Origin: an uncultured bacterium
Lineage (GTDB): Bacteria > Krumholzibacteriota > Krumholzibacteriia > Krumholzibacteriales > Krumholzibacteriaceae
Direction: 5' to 3'
Length of the DNA stretch: 64,000 nt
Assembly (NCBI GenBank): GCA_963813815.1
Contig: CAWFAD010000016.1
Span: 192,001-256,000, forward strand
The notes under the pieces were generated by a model. The model ran no database searches, was not told where the DNA came from, and saw only the letters and a list, made by a program, of their open reading frames with translations. Positions 9,326 through 19,100 of this stretch are shown here, in pieces. Position numbers and translations under genes: made by a program. Every line of letters begins with the position of its first letter. The stretch's first letter is position 1.

Positions 9326-10350
9326 AGGCTCTCGTTCTGGAGACGATCGCCGACATCAAACGGGGCGGCGCTCCGCTCGTCGCCGTCGATCTTCCCGTCC
9401 CCGAGCCGAAGCGGGGGGAGATACTCGTCGAGGTGGCCGCCTGCGGAGTTTGCCACACGGAGCTCGACGAGATCGAGGGGCGCACGCCGCCGCCGCGCCT
9501 GCCCGTCGTTCCCGGCCATCAGGTCGTCGGACGCGTGGCGAAGCTCGGACCCGGCGCGGGCGCGTGGCGCGAGGGGGATAGAGTCGGCGTGGCGTGGATA
9601 TATTCGGCGTGCGGGACCTGCCGCCATTGCCTCGCGGGCGAAGAGAATCTCTGCGCCGAGTTCAGGGCGACCGGACGCGACGCCGACGGCGGTTACGCCG
9701 AGTATATGGTCGTGGGCGGGGATTTCGCGCACGCGATACCGGAAACCTTCTCCGACGCGGAAGCGGCTCCGCTCCTCTGCGCGGGGGCGATCGGCTACCG
9801 GTCGCTTCGGCTCGCGGAGCTCAGCGACGGGGAGGTTCTCGGCCTCACGGGCTTCGGCGCTTCGGCGCACCTCGTCCTCATGATGGCGCGGCGCCGCTAT
9901 CCCGCCTCGCCGGTGTTCGTCTTCGCGCGGAGCGAGCGGGAGCGGGAGTTCGCCCGCGAGCTGGGCGCGGCATGGGCCGGCGGTCCCGGCGACGCTCCGC
10001 CCTCCCGGTGCGCGAGCATCATCGATACGACGCCGGCGTGGAAGCCCGTGGTCGAGGCCCTCGGCAACCTCGAGCCGGGCGGGAGGCTCGTCGTGAACGC
10101 GATCCGCAAGGAGGACGCGGACGCCGAAGAGCTTCTCGCGCTCGATTACGCCGCTCACCTCTGGATGGAGAAAGAGATCAAGAGCGTCGCGAACGTCTCC
10201 CGGTGGGACGTGCGGGAATTTCTCGTGCTGGCGGCGGCGATTCCCATCCGGCCCGAGATCGAGGAATATCCGCTCGCCGACGCCAATCGGGCGCTCGTCG
10301 AGCTCAAGACGAAGAGCGTCCGCGGGGCAAAGGTGCTTCGGATCACCTGA
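9322..10350 (+). CDS. zinc-dependent alcohol dehydrogenase (MDR family)
   Basis: CGVCHTEL, PGHQVVG, structural Zn CGTCRHC..ENLC, PLLCAG, GFGASA. Confidence 0.92.
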   Translation: MKALVLETIADIKRGGAPLVAVDLPVPEPKRGEILVEVAACGVCHTELDEIEGRTPPPRLPVVPGHQVVGRVAKLGPGAGAWREGDRVGVAWIYSACGTCRHCLAGEENLCAEFRATGRDADGGYAEYMVVGGDFAHAIPETFSDAEAAPLLCAGAIGYRSLRLAELSDGEVLGLTGFGASAHLVLMMARRRYPASPVFVFARSEREREFARELGAAWAGGPGDAPPSRCASIIDTTPAWKPVVEALGNLEPGGRLVVNAIRKEDADAEELLALDYAAHLWMEKEIKSVANVSRWDVREFLVLAAAIPIRPEIEEYPLADANRALVELKTKSVRGAKVLRIT

Positions 10351-10405
10351 CGCCGGCCCGCCGCGGGAGCCGCGCCGGCCGCGATCGTGGAACGGGAGCC
10401 CGTCG

Positions 10406-10990
10406 ATGAGCGCATCGCGCCCGCACAGGATCATTCTCTTCAACAAGCCGTTCCGCGTTCTGTGCCAGTTCAGTCCGAGCGGCGGCAAGGCTACGCTCGC
10501 CGATTACATCGACGTTCCGGAGGTGTATCCCGCCGGCCGGCTCGACTACGACAGCGAAGGGCTCGTGGTCCTCACCGACTGGGGCCGGGCGCAGCATCTC
10601 ATCACCGATCCGCGTCGCAAGCTCGAAAAGCGCTATCTCGCGCAGGTGGAGGGCGAGCCGGGAGACGCCGCGCTCGAGATGCTGCGCCGCGGGGTGAAGC
10701 TCGCCGACGGCTGGACGCTTCCGGCGGCCGCGGATTTGATCGCTCCGCCCGCCGTGTGGGAACGCACGCCGCCGATCCGACTCCGGAAAAGCATACCGAC
10801 GACGTGGATCCGCCTCGCCATCGTCGAGGGAAGAAACCGGCAGGTGCGCCGCATGACCGCGGCCGCCGGCCACCCGACCCTCCGGCTCATCCGGGTCGCC
10901 GTGGGGCCGTGGGAGCTCGACGATCTTCTCCCGGGCGCCTTCCGCGAGACCGGCCCGGCCGATCTTCTCGACCGTTTTCCGCCCTATTAG
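10406..10990 (+). CDS. rluE: rRNA pseudouridine synthase, RsuA family (RluE-like)
   Basis: FNKP, AGRLDYDSEGL (catalytic Asp), EGRNRQVRRMTAA; no S4 domain. Confidence 0.85.
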   Translation: MSASRPHRIILFNKPFRVLCQFSPSGGKATLADYIDVPEVYPAGRLDYDSEGLVVLTDWGRAQHLITDPRRKLEKRYLAQVEGEPGDAALEMLRRGVKLADGWTLPAAADLIAPPAVWERTPPIRLRKSIPTTWIRLAIVEGRNRQVRRMTAAAGHPTLRLIRVAVGPWELDDLLPGAFRETGPADLLDRFPPY

Positions 10991-11076
10991 ATGTTGTCAT
11001 CCCGCCGCCGGAATGGTGTACAATGCCCGCCAAGCGGTTCGATCGTCCACGCGGACCATCGGGGAAAGGATTGTCG

Positions 11077-11901
11077 ATGAGTAGGCACGTTCTCGGACGG
11101 GCGGTTGCGGCGGTGAACGGCATTCGCCTCTTCTGCCGCGATACGCTGTCGCAGTCTCCGTGCATCCTCTGCCTCCACGGACGCTGGGGAAGGGGAGAGA
11201 CCTGGAGCGATTTCATCGCGCGGTACCGGGACCGGTACCGGATCATCGCGCCGGACCAGAGGGGGCACGGGCTGAGCGACAAGCCGGGCTCGGGCTACAG
11301 CGCCGAGGACATGGCGCGCGACGCATACGAGCTCGTCACGCAGCTGCGGTGCGTGCCGGCGATCGTCGTCGGGCATTCGATGGGAGGGAGAGTCGCCGCG
11401 TATCTCGCGGCGCTCTACCCCGAGGCGGTGAAAGGCGTGGTGATCATCGACGAGCAGCTCGGATGCACCGCCTTCGCCCCCGCCACCGACGATCCGACGG
11501 ACGACGGGCTCACGCGCTCATGGCCCACGCCGTACTCGACGATGGACGAAGCGCTGAAGGATCTCGGCGGCCGCTTCAAGCGCCCGTCGAACGTCCGATA
11601 CTTCAGCGACAGCCTGACCGAGACGCTCGACGGATACGATTTTCTCTTCTCGCGCCGCGCGATGGCGGCGATCGCCCGCGCGAGGCGCGATTGGCGGGAT
11701 ATCCTCGAGCGAATCGCCTGCCCCGTCTTCATCGTGAGGGCCGCCGAGAGCCGGTGCCTTTCGCGGGAGGAAGCCCGCGAGATGGCCTCGATCGCGAAGG
11801 ACGGCAGCTACTACGAAGTGTCCGACTCCGATCACCTGGTCTACGCGGACAATCCGGACGACTTCTACCGGGGCTTCGACGGATTCATCGGGCGGCTCTG
11901 A
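11077..11901 (+). CDS. alpha/beta fold hydrolase
   Basis: LHG, PDQRGHGLS, GHSMGG nucleophile, C-terminal His (SDHLV). Confidence 0.9.
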   Translation: MSRHVLGRAVAAVNGIRLFCRDTLSQSPCILCLHGRWGRGETWSDFIARYRDRYRIIAPDQRGHGLSDKPGSGYSAEDMARDAYELVTQLRCVPAIVVGHSMGGRVAAYLAALYPEAVKGVVIIDEQLGCTAFAPATDDPTDDGLTRSWPTPYSTMDEALKDLGGRFKRPSNVRYFSDSLTETLDGYDFLFSRRAMAAIARARRDWRDILERIACPVFIVRAAESRCLSREEAREMASIAKDGSYYEVSDSDHLVYADNPDDFYRGFDGFIGRL

Positions 11902-11951
11902 CGGCGGTCGGACGCCGGTCCCCGCTCATCGAGAGAGGGAGGGCATCGCGA

Positions 11952-12509
11952 ATGGAAATCAAGGGACTCATCCTGCAGGCCCGCAAGGAGTTCGTCGTCG
12001 ACAACTTCGGGGAGAAGGCGTGGGATCGCGTGCTCGCGGCGCTGTTGCCCGAGGACCGGGAGAGGATCGAGGACATGATTCTCACCGCGAAATGGTATCC
12101 CTTCGAGCTCGGGGAGCGCCTCGACAAGGCGATCGTCGACCTTTTCGGCGGCGGGGATCCGAAGGTGTTCGAGGAGATCGGCGCGAAATCGGCGAAGCGG
12201 AGCCTCGTCAAGGTGCACAAATCGTTTCTGACCCCCGGGGATCCTCAGGCCTTCCTCGATAAAACGGATGTGATCTACAGGTTCTACTACGATACCGGTC
12301 GCCGGGAGTACGAGCGCACGGGTCCCGACTCGGGCGTGATGACGACCTACGACGCCAAGACCTTCTCCGTGCCGGATTGTCTCACCGTGGTGGGCTGGTA
12401 CCGGGAAGCCTTGAAAATGTGCGGCGCCCGCTCCGTCGAGGTCGTCGAGGAGGAGTGCCGCGCGCGGGGCGGCTCGCACTGCCGGTATCGCCTCAAGTGG
12501 CGTATGTGA
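11952..12509 (+). CDS. TIGR02265/DUF2378-like protein with a V4R-type C-terminus
   Basis: KG..L..FV...FGEKAW.RVL, WYP, C-terminal EEECRARGGSHCRYRLKW. Confidence 0.65.
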   Translation: MEIKGLILQARKEFVVDNFGEKAWDRVLAALLPEDRERIEDMILTAKWYPFELGERLDKAIVDLFGGGDPKVFEEIGAKSAKRSLVKVHKSFLTPGDPQAFLDKTDVIYRFYYDTGRREYERTGPDSGVMTTYDAKTFSVPDCLTVVGWYREALKMCGARSVEVVEEECRARGGSHCRYRLKWRM

Positions 12510-12590
12510 CGCCGAATTCGGCGGCGCGCCCGTTTCCTTGAAACAATACTACGTTTCGCGCGTCCGTATAGGTGAAAGGAAGGTGTGCCC

Positions 12591-12959
12591 ATGCAGAAAC
12601 ATATCACGGCGGTCGGCGTGCTGCGCATCGGCTACGGGATATTCGGTTTTCTCGCCGCGGCGTTCGTGCTCTTCTTCACGGTCGGCGTCGGGCTGCTCGC
12701 TTTCGAGCTCGAGGGCGAGGAGGAGGCGCTCCCCGTTCTCGCCGCCATCGGCGTGCCGGTCGCGGTCGCCATTTTCGTGTTCGCCGCGCTCAGCATCGCC
12801 GGGGGCGTCGGTGTCCTGAAGCACAAGAATTGGGCGCGGTATTTGACGATGGTGCTCTCGGTGCTCGATCTCTTCCACGTTCCGATCGGCACGGCGCTCG
12901 GCATTTACTGCATCTGGGCGCTCGCCCAAGACGACACCGGACGCCTTTTTGCCTCTTGA
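12591..12959 (+). CDS. hypothetical membrane protein
   Basis: SD GAAAGGAAGG; hydrophobic helices; WARYL...PIGTALGIY motif. Confidence 0.75.
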   Translation: MQKHITAVGVLRIGYGIFGFLAAAFVLFFTVGVGLLAFELEGEEEALPVLAAIGVPVAVAIFVFAALSIAGGVGVLKHKNWARYLTMVLSVLDLFHVPIGTALGIYCIWALAQDDTGRLFAS

Positions 12960-13040
12960 ACGCGCGCGGCATCTGCCGCACAATGAGCCGGGCTCTTCGT
13001 TCGATGGGGGTCATCGAGCCGCGCAAGGAGGTAGGAGGCC

Positions 13041-13250
13041 GTGGTAAAGAACATGGGGTCGGCCGATCGTATCGTTCGCCTCGTCGTCGTGGCCGTCATC
13101 GCGATTCTGATCGCCGCGAAGACGCTCACGGGCGGCGCCGCCGTCGTGCTCGGCATCATCGCGCTCGTCATGCTTCTGACGGCTCTCATGGGCTTCTGCC
13201 CGCTGTACGTGCCCTTCAAGATATCGACGGCGAAAAAGAAAGAGCAATAG
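13041..13250 (+). CDS. DUF2892 / YgaP-like small membrane protein
   Basis: SD AGGAGG; KNMGSADRIVR...GFCPLY..IST. Confidence 0.88.
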   Translation: MVKNMGSADRIVRLVVVAVIAILIAAKTLTGGAAVVLGIIALVMLLTALMGFCPLYVPFKISTAKKKEQ

Positions 13251-13278
13251 CCGCCGCATCGTTGGAAAGGATCCGCCC

Positions 13279-13992
13279 ATGCATCGCTCCGGCGCGTCCC
13301 GCGCGAGGCGCGCGGCCGCCGCGGCCGTCCGCCGTCTGCACCCCGCGCGCGTCGCGGGCGACATCCGCCGGGGGGCGGTTTTTCGCGGCGCCATGGAGGA
13401 GTATCTCGGCCTCCCCGCGGGCGCCGACGCCGCCCCGGAGCTGCTCGAGCGTCTCGTCTACGGCTGGGGAAACGAGATCATGTCGGCGATGCCCGAGTAT
13501 CTCGACGCGAGCGTCAGGGCCATGCGCGGGACGAAGGGGCCGGTGCTCGAATGCGGCTCGGGTCTATCGACGATCCTGCTCGGCGCTCTCGCGGAGCGAA
13601 GCGGCGCGCGCCTCTGCTCGCTCGAGCACGATCGGGGATGGGCCGCGCGCGTGCGGAGGGCGCTCCGGCGCTACCGCCTGCGCGGCGTCGAGGTCTTCCA
13701 CGCGCCGCTTCGCGATTACGGGGCGTTCACGTGGTACGACGCGCCGCTCGACCGCCTTCCCGGTGAATTCTCCCTCGTCGTGTGCGACGGCCCGCCGGGC
13801 GACACGCCCGGCGGACGCTACGGGCTGCTTCCCGTTTTGCGCGAACGTCTGCGGCCCGGATGCGTGATCCTGCTCGACGACCTGCACCGGCCGGCGGAAC
13901 GGGACATCGCCTCCCGGTGGGCGCGCGAGCTCGGAGTGATCCACGAGGTGCGCGGCGCGGCCAAACCCTACGCGGTCATCGTCGCGCCCTGA
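13279..13992 (+). CDS. class I SAM-dependent methyltransferase (Methyltransf_24-like)
   Basis: VLECGSGLST, SLEHD, VVCDGPPG, ILLDD. Confidence 0.8.
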   Translation: MHRSGASRARRAAAAAVRRLHPARVAGDIRRGAVFRGAMEEYLGLPAGADAAPELLERLVYGWGNEIMSAMPEYLDASVRAMRGTKGPVLECGSGLSTILLGALAERSGARLCSLEHDRGWAARVRRALRRYRLRGVEVFHAPLRDYGAFTWYDAPLDRLPGEFSLVVCDGPPGDTPGGRYGLLPVLRERLRPGCVILLDDLHRPAERDIASRWARELGVIHEVRGAAKPYAVIVAP

Positions 13993-14004
13993 TCCGGCGG
14001 AGCC

Positions 14005-14403
14005 ATGAAGATCGTGACGGCGGCAATCATCGTTTCGCGCGGCATGGTGCTCATCGCGCGGCGCAGGCGCGGCGATTCGATGGGGGGATTCTGGGAGTTT
14101 CCCGGCGGCTCCCTCGAGGATGGGGAGACCCTGCAGGGGTGTCTCGAGCGCGAGCTCGTCGAGGAGCTCGGAGTCGAGGCTGTCGCCGGGGAGGTCGTCG
14201 CCGAGAGCAGCCACTGCGGCGAGGAGGGCGCGCTGAGGCTCGTCGCGCTCCGCGCCACGATCGTCTCCGGCGATCCGATCCCCGCGGCTCATGACGCGAT
14301 AGCCTGGGTGAGGCCTCGGGATCTCCCGCGCTACCGGCTCGCGCCGGCGGACGTTCCGATCGCCGAGGCCATCGCGAGAAAAAAGGACGTGCTCCGCGAA
14401 TGA
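14005..14403 (+). CDS. NUDIX hydrolase (MutT/NudG-like)
   Basis: WEFPGGSLEDGETLQGCLERELVEELG Nudix box; LAPAD. Confidence 0.9.
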   Translation: MKIVTAAIIVSRGMVLIARRRRGDSMGGFWEFPGGSLEDGETLQGCLERELVEELGVEAVAGEVVAESSHCGEEGALRLVALRATIVSGDPIPAAHDAIAWVRPRDLPRYRLAPADVPIAEAIARKKDVLRE

Positions 14404-15590
14404 AAGCGATCGTCATCAAACGCGGCCGCGAGAAATCTCTCCTGCGCCGGCATCCGTGGATTTTCGACGGGGCGGTCGCCGGGGTCGAGGGAAATCCCGG
14501 AACGGGCGATACGGTCGACGTGCTGCTCGGCGGGGGCGAGCGCGCGGCTCGGGCGGCGTATTCGCCCGCGTCGCAGATCGTCGCCCGCGTATGGAGCTTC
14601 GATCCGGGCGAGGAGATCGCGGCGGATTTTTTCCGCGACCGCCTCTCCCGTGCGTTCGGGCTGCGCGGCCCGCTCGCCCGGTGCGACGATCCGGGAGCGG
14701 CGCGGCTCGTGAACGCCGAGTCGGACCATCTCCCCGGCGTCATCGTGGATCGCTACGGGCGCTGGCTCGTCGTCCAGTTCCTCGCCGCGGGAGGCGAACG
14801 ATGGCGCGAAACGATCGTCGCGGAGCTCGAGCGGATCCTCTCGCCCGCCGGGATCTTCGAGCGCTCGGACGTCGACGTGCGCGAGAAGGAGGGTCTCGAG
14901 CGACGGTGCGGCCTCCTCGCCGGCGCCGAGCCGCCGGAGCTCGTCGAGATCGTCGAGGACGGCCGGCGTTTTCTCGTCGACGTCCGCGGCGGCCACAAGA
15001 CGGGCTTTTATCTCGATCAGCGCGATAACCGCTCCGCGGTCGCCGCCTACGCGCGGGGCGCCGAGGCGCTCAACTGCTTTTCGTACACGGGAGGATTCGG
15101 CGTGGCGGCGCTCGCGGCCGGGGCCGCGCGGGTGACCAATATCGACTCCTCCGCTCCGGCCCTCGCCCTCTCGCGGCGCATCGCCGATCTCAACGGAATC
15201 GAGGAGCATCGCGTCGAGCACGTCGAGGGCGACGTGTTCGTCGTTCTTCGCCGCTATCGCGACGAGCGGCGCTCGTTCGATCTCGTCGTTCTCGATCCGC
15301 CGAAGTTCGCCGAATCGCGAAGCCAGCTTCCGCGCGCGAGCCGCGGCTACAAGGACATCAACCTGCTCGCCCTGAAGCTGCTGCGGCCGGGAGGCGCGCT
15401 CTTCACCTTCTCCTGCTCGGGGCTCATGACGAGCGAGCTCTTTCAGAAAATCGTCGCCGACGCGGCGCTCGACGCGGGGCGCGACGCGCGGATCGTCCGG
15501 CGGCTCTCTCAATCCGCGGATCATCCGGTCGCCCTTCCGTTCCCCGAGGGGGCGTATCTCAAGGGGCTCGTCTGCGTGGTCGCGCGCTGA
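14400..15590 (+). CDS. rlmI: 23S rRNA m5C1962 methyltransferase RlmI family
   Basis: RRHPWIF (PUA-like), GHKTGFYLDQRDNR, NCFSYTGGF, LDPPKF, FSCSG, YLKG. Confidence 0.9.
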   Translation: MKAIVIKRGREKSLLRRHPWIFDGAVAGVEGNPGTGDTVDVLLGGGERAARAAYSPASQIVARVWSFDPGEEIAADFFRDRLSRAFGLRGPLARCDDPGAARLVNAESDHLPGVIVDRYGRWLVVQFLAAGGERWRETIVAELERILSPAGIFERSDVDVREKEGLERRCGLLAGAEPPELVEIVEDGRRFLVDVRGGHKTGFYLDQRDNRSAVAAYARGAEALNCFSYTGGFGVAALAAGAARVTNIDSSAPALALSRRIADLNGIEEHRVEHVEGDVFVVLRRYRDERRSFDLVVLDPPKFAESRSQLPRASRGYKDINLLALKLLRPGGALFTFSCSGLMTSELFQKIVADAALDAGRDARIVRRLSQSADHPVALPFPEGAYLKGLVCVVAR

Positions 15591-15717
15591 CCGCCGGCCG
15601 GGGGAGGATCTCCCGGCGGCGCCCCGCCCGCCCGTCCGGCCCCGCCGGTTTTCCGTCGAAACCGGGCACCTTCGCGGGCCGCCGGTGTACCACCGGATAA
15701 CAGGAGGCCGGGCGGCC

Positions 15718-15795
15718 GTGAGAAGCTTTGTCGTATCGTTCTTCGGCATTCTCTTTCTGCTCCTTTTGATCGCGGTTCTCTGCAGGGCGGGCTAG
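15718..15795 (+). CDS. putative 25-aa single-helix membrane microprotein
   Basis: AGGAGG (15702-15707) upstream of GTG; MRSFVVSFFGILFLLLLIAVLCRAG*; lies in an otherwise empty intergenic gap. Confidence 0.45.
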   Translation: MRSFVVSFFGILFLLLLIAVLCRAG

Positions 15796-15952
15796 GAGCC
15801 CCCGCGGCGAAACCGGTTGCCCCGCCCGCCGCGGGCGTCTATACTGCCGGGGTCGCCGGCGCGGGGCGTTCCGCCTCGCGCCGTTCGAGGCTTCCCGGCC
15901 GATTCCATGAGCATAGCTGTTTCGAAGATCGTATCCCGTGGAGGAGGTTCGT

Positions 15953-17881
15953 ATGCGCCGGTTCTGCATGGTCGTTCTCGCCGCCGCTCTCGTTCTCGCC
16001 CTCGTCCGGCCCGCGACGCCCCGCGCCGCGGAGCGGCGCGAGGGGATTCCGGATTACTCGCTCACGCCGCGCTCGGAGGTTCCCGCCGAATGCACGTGGC
16101 GCTGCGAGGATCTCTATCCGACCTTCGAGGCGTGGGAGCGCGATCGCGCGGCCCTCGAGGATCTCGTGTCGGGCATCGACGAGGCGGCCAAGGACTGGAC
16201 GGCGACCCCGCAGAGGATGCTCGCGCTCTACGAGCTCCGGGACGCGATCCATATGAAAGCCTCGAGGCTCTTCCGCTACGTGCTGCTCCAGAGCGACGTC
16301 GATCTCGCGAACTCGAGGTTTCAGGCCCTCCGCGGAGAGCTGCAGGCGTCGTTCGTGCAGATCGGGAGCAAGTTCTCGTTCCTCGCGCCCGGCCTGCTCG
16401 AGATGGACGAGAAGACGATCGAGGGGTATCTCGCCTCTGAGAAGGGGCTCGCGCCGTACCGCTTTTCGATTCGGGAGACGCTCCGCGGCCGCGCGCACAT
16501 CCTTCCCGAGGAGCAGGAGCGGATCATGACGATGACGGGGCTCTTCGGCGGCGCGCCGTCGCGGGCGGCGAACTTCCTCAACGACGTCGACATCCCGCAT
16601 CCCGCGGCGACCTTCTCGGACGGCGAGACGGTGCCGCTCAACTACGCGAACTACGCCCGCTACCGGGCGTCGAACAATGCCGCCGACCGGACGCTGGCCA
16701 TGCGGACCTTCTGGGCGAATCGCGCGCGCTACGAGAACACCCACGCCGCGCTCCTCGACGGCGAGATGAAGCGGCACCTCTTCGACGCGCGCGTCCGCGG
16801 CTTCGAGGACTGTCTCTCGGCGAGCCTCTTCGAGAACGACATCGATCCCGCCGTGTACCGCAGCCTCATCGCCTCGGTCAGGGCGAAGCTTCCGGTCTTT
16901 TTCCGCTACATGAAGCTCAAGGGCGAGCTCATGGGGCTCGCCGACACGATGCGCTACGAGGACATCTACGGATCGGCGGTGCCCTCGATCGAACGGGCGT
17001 ACACCTACGAGGAAGCGCAGAAGATTCTCCTCGGCGCGCTCGAGCCGCTCGGCGAGGAATACGGGGCCGCACTCCGCAAGGCGTTTGCCGACCGCTGGAT
17101 CGACGTCTACCCGAACAAGAACAAGCAGTCCGGCGCGTACTCCGGGGACGTCTACGGCGTTCACCCGTACGTCAAGATGAACTACGACGGGAAATACGAC
17201 GCCGTTTCGACGCTCGCGCACGAGCTCGGTCACGCCGTGCATTCGACCCTCGCGGACGGGACGCAGCCCTTCGCGACCGCCGATTACCCGCTCTTCCTCG
17301 CCGAGATCGCGTCCACCTTCAACGAAACGCTGCTGCTCAAGTACATGCTGAAGCACGAAAAGGACGATCTCTTCAAGCTCTGGCTCATCGATCAGTATCT
17401 CGTGCAGGTGCGCTCGACCATATTCCGGCAGACGATGTTCGCCGAGTACGAGCTCGCGATGCATCGCCGCGTGGAGGAGGACAAGACCCTCACGCCGGAC
17501 TGGCTCAACGAGACGTACCTCGACCTCACGAGGACGTACTACGGCCACGATCAGGGAGTCGCGCGCGTCGACGACTACATCCGGAACGAGTGGAGCGCGA
17601 TTCCGCACTTCTACCGGTACTACTACGTGTACCAGTACAGCACGGGCATGATCGCCTCGATGGCTCTCGTGGATCAGGCGCTCGGCGGCAAGGCCGGCGT
17701 CGAGAGGTATCTCTCGTTCCTCAGGTCCGGCGGGAGCGACTCTCCGCTCGCGCTCCTCGAAAAGGCGGGCGTCGACATGACGACCGCCGCGCCGACGGAG
17801 GCCGCCATGCGGACCGTCGAGGGCCTCGTCTCCGAAATGGAGAGGATCGTCGCGCGGCTTCGGGCGCAGAAAAAGATCTAG
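15953..17881 (+). CDS. pepF: oligoendopeptidase F (M3B) with signal peptide
   Basis: SD GGAGGAGG; TLAHELGHAVH zincin motif, AEIASTFNE, IPHFY..YYVYQY, KQSGAYS. Confidence 0.92.
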   Translation: MRRFCMVVLAAALVLALVRPATPRAAERREGIPDYSLTPRSEVPAECTWRCEDLYPTFEAWERDRAALEDLVSGIDEAAKDWTATPQRMLALYELRDAIHMKASRLFRYVLLQSDVDLANSRFQALRGELQASFVQIGSKFSFLAPGLLEMDEKTIEGYLASEKGLAPYRFSIRETLRGRAHILPEEQERIMTMTGLFGGAPSRAANFLNDVDIPHPAATFSDGETVPLNYANYARYRASNNAADRTLAMRTFWANRARYENTHAALLDGEMKRHLFDARVRGFEDCLSASLFENDIDPAVYRSLIASVRAKLPVFFRYMKLKGELMGLADTMRYEDIYGSAVPSIERAYTYEEAQKILLGALEPLGEEYGAALRKAFADRWIDVYPNKNKQSGAYSGDVYGVHPYVKMNYDGKYDAVSTLAHELGHAVHSTLADGTQPFATADYPLFLAEIASTFNETLLLKYMLKHEKDDLFKLWLIDQYLVQVRSTIFRQTMFAEYELAMHRRVEEDKTLTPDWLNETYLDLTRTYYGHDQGVARVDDYIRNEWSAIPHFYRYYYVYQYSTGMIASMALVDQALGGKAGVERYLSFLRSGGSDSPLALLEKAGVDMTTAAPTEAAMRTVEGLVSEMERIVARLRAQKKI

Positions 17882-18060
17882 CGGGGCTCGCCGTGCGGCG
17901 GCTTCGAACCGCCGCACGGCCTGCCGGCCTTCTTCGCGGCGGCGGCCAGCAGAAATTCGATCTGGGCGTTGACGCTCCGGAGGTCGTCCGCGGCCCATTT
18001 CTCGAGCGCCTCGAAGAGCGCCGCGTCGACGCGGAGCAGAAATTTCTTTTTCTCGCTCAT
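17878..18060 (-). CDS. Arc/ribbon-helix-helix DNA-binding protein
   Basis: MSEKKKFLLRVDAALFEALEKWAADDLRSVNAQIEFLL; directly downstream of the SPFH gene. Confidence 0.85.
   Translation of the reverse strand: MSEKKKFLLRVDAALFEALEKWAADDLRSVNAQIEFLLAAAAKKAGRPCGGSKPPHGEPR
17890..17920. terminator. perfect 12-bp hairpin at the convergent pepF / RHH junction
   Basis: GCCGTGCGGCGG-CTTCGAA-CCGCCGCACGGC; no U-tract, so function is uncertain. Confidence 0.45.
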
Positions 18061-18080
18061 GATCCCTTCGTGCCGCCGCC

Positions 18081-18956
18081 TCACTGGTAGAGCGTGCCGG
18101 TGTTGATGACCGGAGACACCTCTCTATCGGAAACGAGCGCGACCATGAGGTTGTTGACCATCGTGGCGCGTTTGTCGTTGTCGAGCTCGATGATATTCTG
18201 CTCGCTGAGCTGCCGGAGCGCCATCTCGACCATGCCGACCGCGCCCTCGACGATCTTCTGGCGGGCCGCTATGATCGCCTGCGCCTGCTGGCGCCGGAGC
18301 ATCGCCTGCGCTATCTCGGGCGAATAGGCGAGGTGACTGATGCGCGATTCGATAACGCTGACGCCGGCGATCTCGAGCCTCGTCTGCACGGTGCGCTTCA
18401 GCATCTCGGAGATCTCCTGCTGGCTTCCCCGCAGGGAGGTCTCGTCGTCGCGCTGCGTATCGTACGGGTACTCGGAGGCGAGCGCGCGTATCGCCGTTTC
18501 GCTCTGAATGTCGACGAACTGCGCGTAGTTCTCGACGTCGAACAGCGCGCGGGACGTGTCGACGACCTGCCAGACGATGACCGCGCCGATCTCGATCGGG
18601 TTCCCGTGGAGATCGTTCACCTTTATCTTCTCGCTGTTGAAGTTGCGGATGCGAAGGCTCAGGTGGCGCTTCGTGACGAGGGGATTGACCCACCAGAATC
18701 CCGATTCCCGGATCGATCCCGCGTAGCTCCCGAAGAGGACGAGAACCCGCGCCTCGTTCGGCTGCACCACGGTGAGGCCGGCGCCGAAGATCACCGTAAA
18801 GAGGGTGAAGGGAACGAAGAACCAGAGAACGTTCGTGTTGTTGGCGACGATCCCCGCGCGGAGCGCGTAGATGTCGATCGCGATAAAGGCGACGAGCAGA
18901 AAGAACCCGAGAAATCCGCTCATTCGCCAGGCCCTGCGTTCGGTAACGGTCTGCAT
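18081..18956 (-). CDS. SPFH/band 7 domain membrane protein
   Basis: SD CAGGAGGT; 2 N-terminal TM helices; [40 protein letters not shown]. Confidence 0.92.
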   Translation of the reverse strand: MQTVTERRAWRMSGFLGFFLLVAFIAIDIYALRAGIVANNTNVLWFFVPFTLFTVIFGAGLTVVQPNEARVLVLFGSYAGSIRESGFWWVNPLVTKRHLSLRIRNFNSEKIKVNDLHGNPIEIGAVIVWQVVDTSRALFDVENYAQFVDIQSETAIRALASEYPYDTQRDDETSLRGSQQEISEMLKRTVQTRLEIAGVSVIESRISHLAYSPEIAQAMLRRQQAQAIIAARQKIVEGAVGMVEMALRQLSEQNIIELDNDKRATMVNNLMVALVSDREVSPVINTGTLYQ

Positions 18957-18977
18957 GAGCACCTCCTGCTTCAGGTC

Positions 18978-19016
18978 TGATAGCAATATGATATCGTAAT
19001 GATATCATTCTGTCAA
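18978..19016 (-). promoter_or_regulatory. sigma70-type promoter of the SPFH-RHH operon overlapped by three phased TGATA(T/G)C(A/G) boxes
   Basis: Minus strand TTGACA (19016-19011) N17 TATCAT (18993-18988); boxes start at 18978, 18989 and 19000. Confidence 0.75.
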
Positions 19017-19100
19017 GCGAAATATCCCCCCTCGTCGTCGTCGTCGGATGTTGTATAGTCGTAGCCTTCCGCGGCGACGCCGCGGGGGAAAGGAAGGGGC

